From NCBI GenBank assembly GCA_038046425.1, contig JBBSWG010000069.1, forward strand, positions 1 through 37,254: a stretch of DNA of 37,254 nt, written 5' to 3'. Source of the stretch: Nanobdellota archaeon. Lineage in GTDB: Archaea; Nanobdellota; Nanobdellia; Woesearchaeales; GW2011-AR9. The notes under the pieces are model-generated. The model made no database searches, was not told the DNA's origin, and saw only the letters and a program-made list of their open reading frames with translations. Position 1 is the first letter of the stretch, and each line of letters starts with the position of its first letter. The position numbers and the translations under genes were made by a program. Positions 26,827 to 34,804 of this stretch are shown here, in pieces.

Positions 26827-27387
26827 CTAATCCTCTTCTCCTTCTTCTCCCTCTTTAATCCCTAAAATCTTTCTTCGGGCATAATGGAAAAAGCGATGCA
26901 CAAACTTCTCACAATTCGTTAAGTTGTCAATGTCAATCTCCGCTGTGGATTTGTCCAGTTCTACGACCAAAGTAACATGACGACGATACTCTTCCCTTCG
27001 GCTATGCGGCAATTTCAGCACACTCTTCAGGAAATGATAGAAAGTCAGGTAATTCTGTAATTCCGCATCTTCTGGATACAACTCTGCTAATCTCGTAGCC
27101 CGAAGAGCAGGACTCTTAGGCAGGCTAGTCATTAGGCCTTCCTCTTTCGCTTTCAGCAGGAAGGCTTCAATAATGACATCATAGACATTGATCAGGCGGT
27201 TTAAAGCATTCAGAATGACATCGACGGTTCTGGTGTACTTTAAGCTAACGTAAATGATATGCTCTAAGCGCTTCAGCTCTTCATGCGCTGAAAAGAGGTA
27301 TTCCTGGAAGGCTTCGTTCTGGGGAGTTTCGTTCATGGGGCTGGGAGAAGCGGGAAATATGGTGGGCTTTTTATGGCTTTCTGTCAA
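26827..27387 (-). CDS. Hypothetical helical protein (start possibly 27336)
   Basis: Long ORF in a co-oriented block; resembles the upstream neighbour in layout. Confidence 0.75.
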   Translation of the reverse strand: MTESHKKPTIFPASPSPMNETPQNEAFQEYLFSAHEELKRLEHIIYVSLKYTRTVDVILNALNRLINVYDVIIEAFLLKAKEEGLMTSLPKSPALRATRLAELYPEDAELQNYLTFYHFLKSVLKLPHSRREEYRRHVTLVVELDKSTAEIDIDNLTNCEKFVHRFFHYARRKILGIKEGEEGEED

Positions 27388-27432
27388 AAACCACTCTAAA
27401 AGAGTAGCGGGAAGGATAAACGCCCGCTTTGC

Positions 27433-27903
27433 TCACCGTCCTTTCACAATCCTCTCCGCTTGTTCCAGAAATTCCTTAGCCTGCTGCAGGTACCGCTGCA
27501 CCTCCTGAGGCGAAACTGTGCGCAGGTTATAATTTTTATCGCAGATCACGATCCGGCCGCCGCGCTGGAATTCCATGGGACTCTTTTTATGCAGTTCCAG
27601 CGTCAATTTAAGCTCAAACAGCAGCTGGACATAATGGGCCGGCAGGTTATGCCGTCTCATGGGCTTCTGCTGAAACAGGCGGAATTTCTCTTTGAATTCT
27701 TGGGAATACTCTGGAACTAACAGCAACTGCCGCTCATAAGCGAGAATAGTGTCCATGGCTGCTTCCATTGAGCTGAAGATGTTCTGTACCACGCCCAGAA
27801 GAAGCTGGGGCTCATGGACCTGCGGATAGGTGACGGTAAGAAGATGGAAAGCGGTATCATATTGCTGCCGGGCCTGCCGGTACGAGTCCAAGTGGTCGTT
27901 CAT
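27433..27903 (-). CDS. Hypothetical helical protein
   Basis: Start MNDHLDSY at 27903, downstream of a TATA-like TTTTATAA. Confidence 0.75.
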   Translation of the reverse strand: MNDHLDSYRQARQQYDTAFHLLTVTYPQVHEPQLLLGVVQNIFSSMEAAMDTILAYERQLLLVPEYSQEFKEKFRLFQQKPMRRHNLPAHYVQLLFELKLTLELHKKSPMEFQRGGRIVICDKNYNLRTVSPQEVQRYLQQAKEFLEQAERIVKGR

Positions 27904-27999
27904 GCCAGAAGGTGATGGGGGCCAAATTATAAAAAGATTGCTGTGGAGGAGAAGCGGGGTGGCGGAAAAGACAGCGAACGACAATAACGAGTACCACAA

Positions 28000-28365
28000 C
28001 TACCTGCTTTTCAACTTCACAATCGCTTCCGCCAAATCTCCTTCCGTCTCTTCCAGCACCTGCTTGGCCCTTTCCTTATTGACACCGGCCTGCTCCATCA
28101 CGGTCTTGATGTCTTCTTCAGAAATTTCCGCTGAAGAATCTTTTTCCTGCTCTTTTTCTTCTTTTTTTTCTTCTTCTTCAACCTCGCCGGAAATCTGGAA
28201 CGTCTCCTGCCCCATCAGGTTGACTTTCGCTACCGATGGATTGCGGATGATAATATTTTTCTCTTCACCTTTGATAACAACTTCTGTGGCCGGTATATCG
28301 ACTTGCTGGATACCCAGCTGCTTCATCATCTGCTGCATTTTCCTGGGATTAAGGTTGGGGAACAT
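28000..28365 (-). CDS. nac: Nascent polypeptide-associated complex protein (aNAC)
   Basis: NPRKMQQMMKQLGI...ETFQISG; UBA tail EEDIKTVMEQAGV...GDLAEAI. Confidence 0.95.
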   Translation of the reverse strand: MFPNLNPRKMQQMMKQLGIQQVDIPATEVVIKGEEKNIIIRNPSVAKVNLMGQETFQISGEVEEEEKKEEKEQEKDSSAEISEEDIKTVMEQAGVNKERAKQVLEETEGDLAEAIVKLKSR

Positions 28366-28386
28366 GGTGATATAACTATCGTAAGA

Positions 28387-28662
28387 TCATCGACACATAA
28401 TCTTCTCTTCGATTTTTGTGATTCGTTGCTTGATATCAGTTAATTCTTCCTTAATGTGAGCAAACGAGGTGATTACTTGACCTTCAAATTTTCCCTGATG
28501 AAAATTTGATTGAATGAGATAAATAACAATCCCCGAAACCATCATGGCCAGGAAATCGGTGATCGATGGTGAATCGCCAGCTAAAATCCAGACAAAGATG
28601 ACTACTGTTCCGACACCAAATACTACCAGTAATACCTTCAACAACAGGCTCAGAAAATCCAT
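28387..28662 (-). CDS. Small hypothetical membrane protein with a coiled-coil tail
   Basis: Two TM segments around GDSPS, then a heptad tail. Confidence 0.7.
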   Translation of the reverse strand: MDFLSLLLKVLLVVFGVGTVVIFVWILAGDSPSITDFLAMMVSGIVIYLIQSNFHQGKFEGQVITSFAHIKEELTDIKQRITKIEEKIMCR

Positions 28663-28664
28663 CT

Positions 28665-28754
28665 TTACAGTACCCCCAGTACCCGGAGCACTAAATAAGA
28701 GAGTAATAACAAGAGGAAGACCAGCAGAACGATTGTTTCGAGTTCTAGTTTCAT
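28665..28754 (-). CDS. 29-aa single-TM peptide
   Basis: MKLELETIVLLVFLLLLLSYLVLRVLGVL fills the gap between secG (1 nt) and the next gene (2 nt). Confidence 0.55.
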   Translation of the reverse strand: MKLELETIVLLVFLLLLLSYLVLRVLGVL

Positions 28755-28755
28755 G

Positions 28756-28926
28756 TCAGCCAAAAAACTTTCCCCCTACGGTATGCAGCAAAATAACAAT
28801 TAATACCAGCACCACACAGAGCACAATCACCGTGCCCGGCGAGAGCATAATCTTGGAGACCGCTTCATCGGTATAGCGGACTAAGCCGCCCTGTCCGGAG
28901 GGTAAGCGAACTCTGTCGTCGGCCAT
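28756..28926 (-). CDS. secG: Preprotein translocase subunit Sec61beta/SecG
   Basis: Below the ORF-track cutoff. MADDRVRLPSGQGGLVRYTDEAVSKIMLSPGTVIVLCVVLVLIVILLH... (56 aa). Confidence 0.92.
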   Translation of the reverse strand: MADDRVRLPSGQGGLVRYTDEAVSKIMLSPGTVIVLCVVLVLIVILLHTVGGKFFG

Positions 28927-28973
28927 GTTCTCGTTAATTTAAGGGGTCTTTTAAATAGTTTACGGAGAAAAAA

Positions 28974-29386
28974 GGTAGAGTGGCCTAAGCCGCCTTCGGT
29001 CAGACCCAAAGCATTCCTAAGGAATGCCGATGATCTGTGAAAGCATTCTACTAAGCGTTCGTCATGAACTTGCACCGGCCAGCATTCGCCGTTTCATCGT
29101 TCCCTGCTGAGACGTCAAGGGGTTAACTCATCTCTTTCGCAAGAGACTTCGCCATCAATCATCCCATTCAGCAGGACGTGTCGTTGCTGCGCCAGAGGCA
29201 CGGGCTTTCCCCGTCTCCCTGAGGGAGTGGCCATAGTGTACCATTGATTCCATTGCGAAATCGCCGATACGGGTGGGCGGACTTTCCTCACAAATTTTGG
29301 GGCTCGCTGCGCTCACCCCAAAATTTGTTGTTTTTGGGAACGAGCTAACGGCCTTGATTTGCGAAAGCTTTCTGCCACTGCTACCT
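28974..29386 (-). ncRNA. rnpB: RNase P RNA (archaeal)
   Basis: P4 motifs GAGGAAAGTCCGCC and ACCGAAGGCGGCTTA; P1 GGTAGcAGTGGC/GCCACTCTACC; P2 GAAAGC/GCTTTC; GCAGCAACG, GATGAAACGGC, GGTGCAAG and AGAATGCT conserved blocks. Confidence 0.93.
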
Positions 29387-29408
29387 AAACCTATTTTAGA
29401 GTGGCTAC

Positions 29409-29416
29409 TTTATAAA
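29409..29416 (-). promoter_or_regulatory. TATA box of rnpB
   Basis: TTTATAAA about 23 nt upstream of P1. Confidence 0.6.
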
Positions 29417-29448
29417 GTTTTGGGAGGAATTTTGAAAAATTCTCGATG

Positions 29449-29814
29449 GGAGAACTCTTACCTACGGATGAGATCTTCGAGGGCTTTCTTCCTCTCAGAG
29501 TTCTTCATGCTAGCAACCGTTGGACTGCTCCCAGCATCTGGGCTATACCATCTCCTGCTTCACGAATCTTTATCTTCGGGAAACACATCAAGAGTTTTGA
29601 AGATGCTGGGAGCGCTTCATAGGAAGCGGCGGGCGGGCGCCGACGTGAGCGAGCCAGAGGCGAGCTCTGGTAAGTCTGCGGCGAGGCGAGTGCTCCAAGC
29701 GAATCCTTCTTCGTCAAATATTCGCTTTATTCTCTCCTCGTGGAGCACCTAAGTCCCTCTTTTTACAAATGGCCGGGTCTCGCCTCGCCATCTTGGCCTA
29801 GCCCGCCCGCCGCT
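29449..29814. other. Highly structured intergenic region (candidate ncRNA or cluster of hairpin elements)
   Basis: Stems 29449-29458/29497-29506, 29527-29539/29601-29613, 29625-29638/29801-29814, 29680-29690/29779-29789, 29691-29697/29741-29747, 29698-29704/29720-29726. Confidence 0.65.
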
Positions 29815-29918
29815 CCAGGATAGTGAAGTATTACAAATAAACACAATATTTTTAAAGACGCCCCCTAAAGCAGCTGCAGCACGAGAGTATCAACAACACC
29901 AACAAACATACACTAACC

Positions 29919-30371
29919 ATGGCCCGCATGCATTCCCGCGCGAAAGGCAAGAGCGGCAGCAAGAAGCCCCTGAAGCACATTCCTGCCTGGACACCTTACC
30001 AGGGCAAAGAAGTGGAAAAGCTGATCGTTAAGTACGCCAAAGCCGGAAAAACCAGTGCGGAGATCGGTACGCTGCTGCGGGACAATTATGGCATCAATAG
30101 TGTGAAAGCGCTTACCGGGAAGAAGATCGGCACTATCCTTAAAGAAAGCAAAGTGCGCCGGAAATTGCCTGAAGAGGTAACGGCGTTGATCCGAAGAATG
30201 ATCGATATCAAAGCTCATCTGGAAAAGAATAGACATGACGAGACCGCCAAGCGCGGGCTGCTGTTGACCGATTCCAAGCTGCGCCGGCTGGTAAAGTACC
30301 ATAAGCGTCACGCAACATTAGCTGCCGACTGGAGGCTTGATCCGGAGAAGCTGAAGATGTATCTGGAGTGA
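29919..30371 (+). CDS. rps15: 30S ribosomal protein S15 (uS15)
   Basis: MARMHSRAKGKSGS...IGTLLRDNYGI...LPEE...KRGL...SKLRRLVKY. Confidence 0.97.
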   Translation: MARMHSRAKGKSGSKKPLKHIPAWTPYQGKEVEKLIVKYAKAGKTSAEIGTLLRDNYGINSVKALTGKKIGTILKESKVRRKLPEEVTALIRRMIDIKAHLEKNRHDETAKRGLLLTDSKLRRLVKYHKRHATLAADWRLDPEKLKMYLE

Positions 30372-30411
30372 TTTTCTGCCGAAAATCACCAAAACCTTTT
30401 TATCTCCCTGT

Positions 30412-30795
30412 ATGTTCTTCCAGAGAATGGATCATAAGCTTCAGATGACGTTAGTTATTGTTATCTTTCTTAGCTTGACCGTTGTGGCCGGACTATTAGT
30501 CGCCCAAACGGCCGGCTTTACTTTGGGAAATCTATTGCGGCCGAGCCTGACGCCCACCATTACCGGCGCAGCAGTAGCGACCTGTACTGGAGCGAATTGT
30601 CCTGTCCCTCTAGCGGTCTGTGCGGAAAAAATCGGCCGGGCCTGCCGCATCGCCTGCTCTGAACAGGAAGATTGCGATGACCGCATTTCTGCTACCACTG
30701 ATCTCTGTAAGAATCCGGGAACAGAATTCTCGCTGTGTGTGAATAGAGAATTTTCTGCTGAAAATTCTCTGGCAGAGGAACGGGGGGACAAGTAA
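30412..30795 (+). CDS. Membrane-anchored Cys-rich hypothetical protein
   Basis: N-terminal TM, TITGAAV, CSEQEDCDD..ATTDLCKNPGTEFSLCVN. The C-terminus is encoded by the repeat element. Confidence 0.75.
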   Translation: MFFQRMDHKLQMTLVIVIFLSLTVVAGLLVAQTAGFTLGNLLRPSLTPTITGAAVATCTGANCPVPLAVCAEKIGRACRIACSEQEDCDDRISATTDLCKNPGTEFSLCVNREFSAENSLAEERGDK

Positions 30796-30950
30796 AAAAC
30801 CAACACCATTAACTCACAACCAATTAACAGAAGCGGTTTTAACAGAGGCGGGTTTAGCAGAACCACCGTACCCCACGCCAGAGGGTTTTGAAGCGATGTT
30901 GAGGTTGACGCAGTTCATATAGATGAGTACAGACCACTCAAAACCCTCTC
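30745..30950 (-). repeat. Structured repeat element / candidate ncRNA, copy 2
   Basis: AGAGGGTTTTGA/TCAAAACCCTCT stem, GGTGGTTCTGCTAAACCCGCC and AGAGAATTTTC-N4-GAAAATTCTCT; homologous to 7289-7463. Confidence 0.8.
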
Positions 30951-31223
30951 TTACAAGGCCGTGCGGATATTCTCAATGTTGGAAGCTATTTCCCGGCCTT
31001 TCCTGGTTAATTCTAGCAGTTTAAGGCGGCCTTCTTTCTTGAAATTGATTAAATCAGCCTTCTGCATCTCTTGCAGAATCTTCACCACATGGCTATAGGT
31101 GCAGTCAATTTGCTTTGCTAAAACGCTCGCATACACCTGAGCATCGGCATTTTTCAAGCCGACCAGCATCAGGGCCGGCTTCTCCCGGAAAAAGACGTCA
31201 AAAATCGCTTTGTTTTTACCCAA
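30951..31223 (-). CDS. Winged helix-turn-helix protein (MarR-like)
   Basis: YASVLAKQIDCTYSHVVKILQEM...GRLKLLELTRKG. Confidence 0.88.
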   Translation of the reverse strand: MGKNKAIFDVFFREKPALMLVGLKNADAQVYASVLAKQIDCTYSHVVKILQEMQKADLINFKKEGRLKLLELTRKGREIASNIENIRTAL

Positions 31224-31387
31224 GGTTAGACACCCCCTCTCCTAAATCATCTCCACCCCAGTCGTCCCACGCTTGTAACTTATATTTAAACATTTATCTG
31301 TTCGGATAGCTAGATTACACTTGGTATATTTAAAGGTTACGGATTTGGGGGTAAGTTTTCGTTATCGAAGTTGATGCTGAAGCTTTA

Positions 31388-31946
31388 CTACCTCTTCCCG
31401 TTTCCTGTTCTCGAATTCACTCCTTGTTTATACCTCGGCATTACACGCAGCACCTTCTCGGGAACAAGTATTGGTAAAGAGTGTGTTCCTTCCACTATCT
31501 CAATGCTGCATGCGCTTTAATCTCTCGAAACGGAACATCCACGATAGAAAGCCATACGCCAAAGTCTGACTTTTGGTGAGCTTGGTCGGAATAACTCCGA
31601 AATTCTCCTCGCAGGAGGTGGGCTAATCCCGTGCCGACACTTCCCAGATATTCAGTATAGCGTAAAACGCGGTTAAAGACGTGGAAGAGAAGTTTGCTTG
31701 AAGCAGTCTCGGAAAAGCAATAGGAAGCGCCTGTGAATGGCCAAATCCTCGTGGATCAACGACGAGAGTAGGATGCCCTTGCTCCTGCAGGCCTTGCTCT
31801 AGCGATTCCAGTGAACTATGGTTCATTGAAGAGCCGGGATGGAGAATCTTGAAGTTTTGGGTAAGTTCTTTTCGCCAGGTTGTCCAATAGTAAATATCCA
31901 ATCCGTCGTCGGCGACGACTTTTTGGGCAACGGATTTTGATTTCAT
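31388..31946 (-). pseudogene. Alpha/beta-hydrolase pseudogene with internal deletions/frameshifts
   Basis: N-terminal ADDGLDIYY...LHPGSS...VDPRGFGHS; no GxSxG region; C-terminal EIVEGTHSLPILVPEKV found downstream in another frame ending at 31388. Confidence 0.7.
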
Positions 31947-32080
31947 GCCCTTGTTTAATAGGTAAGTCTTTATAAACTTTACTATTAGTAAGAAGTAAAT
32001 TTATTGGGGGCTTGAGATGGGCAGCAATCCCTCTTCGTAAACGGATACCTTTTTGAAGAAGAAGTAGTTCTGGCAAAAGA

Positions 32081-33979
32081 ATGACTGCTTTTCCCTCTTT
32101 CTTCCCCCATGCTACCATCCGCCCCAGCCAGGATCAGCTGCTGCAGGATCTGCAGAGCGCTTTTTCTGAACAGAAAATTCTCTTAGCGCATGCGCCTACT
32201 GGACTGGGAAAAACAGCAGCGGCTTTAACGGTAGCTGTCCAGCATGCTCTGGAGAAAAAAAAGCGCGTTTTCTTCCTCACTAACCGGCATACGCAGCATA
32301 AAATTGCCCTGGACACGCTCCAGCTGATGAAAGAGAAAAGCCGGCAGGAGTTTACCTGCGCGGATTTAATCGGCAAGCGCTGGATGTGCAGCCAGGACGT
32401 GCAAGGTCTTTACGCTCATGAATTCTTTGAATATTGTAAAGCGGTTGTCGAGAAGGGGGAATGTGAATTTTATAATCGAGCCCGCACCAAAAATAAAGGC
32501 CTGCAGGTGGAAGCGAAACAGCTTCTCACGAGAATCGGGCAGGCCGGCATCATTTCTAATGAAGAGATCATGGAGATCAGCAAGGCTGCAAGAATGTGCA
32601 GCTATGAAATTGCCCTGGAAACGGCCAAGAAAGCCTTAGTGATTATCGGTGATTACAGTTACATCTTCAATCCTCATGTCCAGAATACCTTGTTCACCAA
32701 GATAAACCTGGAATTGGAAGAGGTCATCCTGATCGTTGATGAAGGGCATAACCTGCCCGGCAGAGTGATGGACCTGATGAGCAGTTCCTTGACGACGTTC
32801 ATGCTGAAGAATGGCATTCAGGAAGCGCGAAAATTTCAGTACCGGCAACTGCTCGGTCGGCTGCAGGAGATTAACCGGGTACTATTGGAATTTGCTGCCG
32901 TCCTTCCCCCGGAAAGAAAGGAATTGCTGGTGAAGAAAGAGGATGTACTGGAGAAGGTGAGATCATACACTCAAAGCGATTACGACGAGCTCATTAACGA
33001 GCTGAATATTGCCGCGGAAAACATCCGCGAACAGCAGAAGAAAAGTTTTCTGGGCGGGATTGCGGCTTTCCTGGAATCCTGGAAAGGGGACGATGATGGC
33101 TATGTCCGTATCTTCGCTGAGAAACAGGGAAAGATGGATAATTTCTTCGCCTTAACGTACTCCTGTCTCGATCCCCGCCTTATCACCAAGAATATTTTTG
33201 AACGCGTCCATGCCGGGGTGGTGATGAGCGGGACTTTAAAGCCGACGTTCATGTATAAAGACCTGTTAGGTATCGGTGAACGAGCCCAGGAGCGGGAATA
33301 TCCTTCCCCCTTCCCTGCAGAAAATAAGTTAAGCCTGATCATTCCAGAAACGACAACGAAGTATAGCCTTCGTGGTGAAGCGATGTACAAAAACATCGCT
33401 CAGAAATGTTCAGAGTTAGCAGCGCTTATTCCCGGTAATGTGGCCTTCTTTTTTCCCTCTTATAATTTAAGCGCCAGCATTGGCCGGCATATCATCGCTC
33501 CCAAAAAAATCCTGTGGGAGAAAAATAATCTGAGTAAAGAGGAAAAAGAGCGTTTTTTAGTGGAATTTAAATCGTATAATGCCTCTGGTGCCCTCCTGCT
33601 GGGAGTGGTGGGAGCCAACTTTGCCGAAGGGATAGATCTGCCGGGTGATTTCCTGAATGGCGTGGTGATCGTGGGCCTACCATTAGCCCGACCAGATTTA
33701 TACAGCAATGCCCTGATTGCGTTTTACGAGCAGAAATTTGGCCAGGGCCGAGAATATGGTTACATTTATCCGGCCATGATTAAGTGTATTCAAGGTGCAG
33801 GACGATGCATTCGTTCTGAAACGGATAAAGGGGCCGTCATTTTTTTGGATGAACGCTTTGCCTGGGAGCAATATTTTAATTGCTTTCCCCGGGAAGGATT
33901 GAAAGTGAGTAAAAAGTATGAGCAATTGATTCAGGAATTCTTCATCAGCAACCATGATCCACTTCTTTTGAATTGCTGA
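32081..33979 (+). CDS. xpd: XPD/Rad3-family Fe-S DNA helicase
   Basis: APTGLGKT, four Cys (WMC, EYC, GEC, RMC), VDEGHN, SGTL, EGIDLPG, QGAGRCIR, LDERF. Confidence 0.93.
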   Translation: MTAFPSFFPHATIRPSQDQLLQDLQSAFSEQKILLAHAPTGLGKTAAALTVAVQHALEKKKRVFFLTNRHTQHKIALDTLQLMKEKSRQEFTCADLIGKRWMCSQDVQGLYAHEFFEYCKAVVEKGECEFYNRARTKNKGLQVEAKQLLTRIGQAGIISNEEIMEISKAARMCSYEIALETAKKALVIIGDYSYIFNPHVQNTLFTKINLELEEVILIVDEGHNLPGRVMDLMSSSLTTFMLKNGIQEARKFQYRQLLGRLQEINRVLLEFAAVLPPERKELLVKKEDVLEKVRSYTQSDYDELINELNIAAENIREQQKKSFLGGIAAFLESWKGDDDGYVRIFAEKQGKMDNFFALTYSCLDPRLITKNIFERVHAGVVMSGTLKPTFMYKDLLGIGERAQEREYPSPFPAENKLSLIIPETTTKYSLRGEAMYKNIAQKCSELAALIPGNVAFFFPSYNLSASIGRHIIAPKKILWEKNNLSKEEKERFLVEFKSYNASGALLLGVVGANFAEGIDLPGDFLNGVVIVGLPLARPDLYSNALIAFYEQKFGQGREYGYIYPAMIKCIQGAGRCIRSETDKGAVIFLDERFAWEQYFNCFPREGLKVSKKYEQLIQEFFISNHDPLLLNC

Positions 33980-33997
33980 TAGTCTAGATCTTCCCCC

Positions 33998-34339
33998 CTA
34001 ACTCCCCACGCCGATCAGCACAATGCCCAGGATGATGCCAATCAAGCCGATATACTTCCACTTATTCATCTTCTCGCCTAGATATTTTATGGAAAAGATA
34101 GTGGTCCAGATGTAACTCATGCTCACCAGCGGATAGATCACACTTAATTCCTCGAACCGTAGCACCAACACATAGGCTAAAACTGATAAGCCATACAATA
34201 CCAGTCCACCCCACAGATAGCTGCTTCTCCACAGCCGCCAGAAGGAATACTTGTTGGCTCCGATCTTCACCAAGAGGTTGGCGAATGAGCCAATAACCGA
34301 GCCAACCAGGATGATGGGAAAGACAAGTGGGTTAACCAT
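33998..34339 (-). CDS. EamA/SMR-like small transporter
   Basis: 4 TM; ELSVIYPL..SYIW...LGEK; start MVNPLV at 34339. Confidence 0.85.
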   Translation of the reverse strand: MVNPLVFPIILVGSVIGSFANLLVKIGANKYSFWRLWRSSYLWGGLVLYGLSVLAYVLVLRFEELSVIYPLVSMSYIWTTIFSIKYLGEKMNKWKYIGLIGIILGIVLIGVGS

Positions 34340-34781
34340 GCGGCACCTCTTGCTTCTCTTTTCTGTCCTCACCTTTCTCTTCGCCGCGCTCTGCGGGCAC
34401 ATGCCGTGAACCGCCATAGCCTAAAATGCTGACGGCGAGTAAAATGACCAGCACGCCAGACCATTTCCAGGCATTCATGATATCGGTAGGAAAAAGCCGC
34501 GGCGAAATCAGGCTGACCCAGATATAACTGGTCGCAGCGACAGGATAGACTAAACTCAGCTCGCCTTTTCTTAAGGCGAGGATCATCAATGCTGCTCCAA
34601 TACCGTAGGACACAAACCCCAGCAGAAAAGGAAAGTTAAGAAAGGTTATCAGCTGACTAAAATCAATCGTCTTCATGCCCCATTTCCACAAGATCTGCCC
34701 GCCGGAGGTGAAGAGGGTGCAGAAGGCCATCAACAGCACCGCTTTTAGTTGGGTGTGGTTATGGGGATGATGAGATTCCAT
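34332..34781 (-). CDS. EamA/SMR-like small transporter
   Basis: GQILWK, GELSLVYP..ATSYIW; tandem paralog of the neighbouring gene. Confidence 0.85.
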   Translation of the reverse strand: MESHHPHNHTQLKAVLLMAFCTLFTSGGQILWKWGMKTIDFSQLITFLNFPFLLGFVSYGIGAALMILALRKGELSLVYPVAATSYIWVSLISPRLFPTDIMNAWKWSGVLVILLAVSILGYGGSRHVPAERGEEKGEDRKEKQEVPHG

Positions 34782-34804
34782 GATTTGCTCTCGTTAACTG
34801 TTCT

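Noticed and set aside
29273-29814. 159-aa ORF 29273-29752, or SRP RNA identity for the structured region
   Set aside because: The ORF overlaps rnpB antisense and its promoter and is not protein-like. No SRP helix-8 (CAGG..GGAA..AGCAG) or Alu motif was found on either strand.
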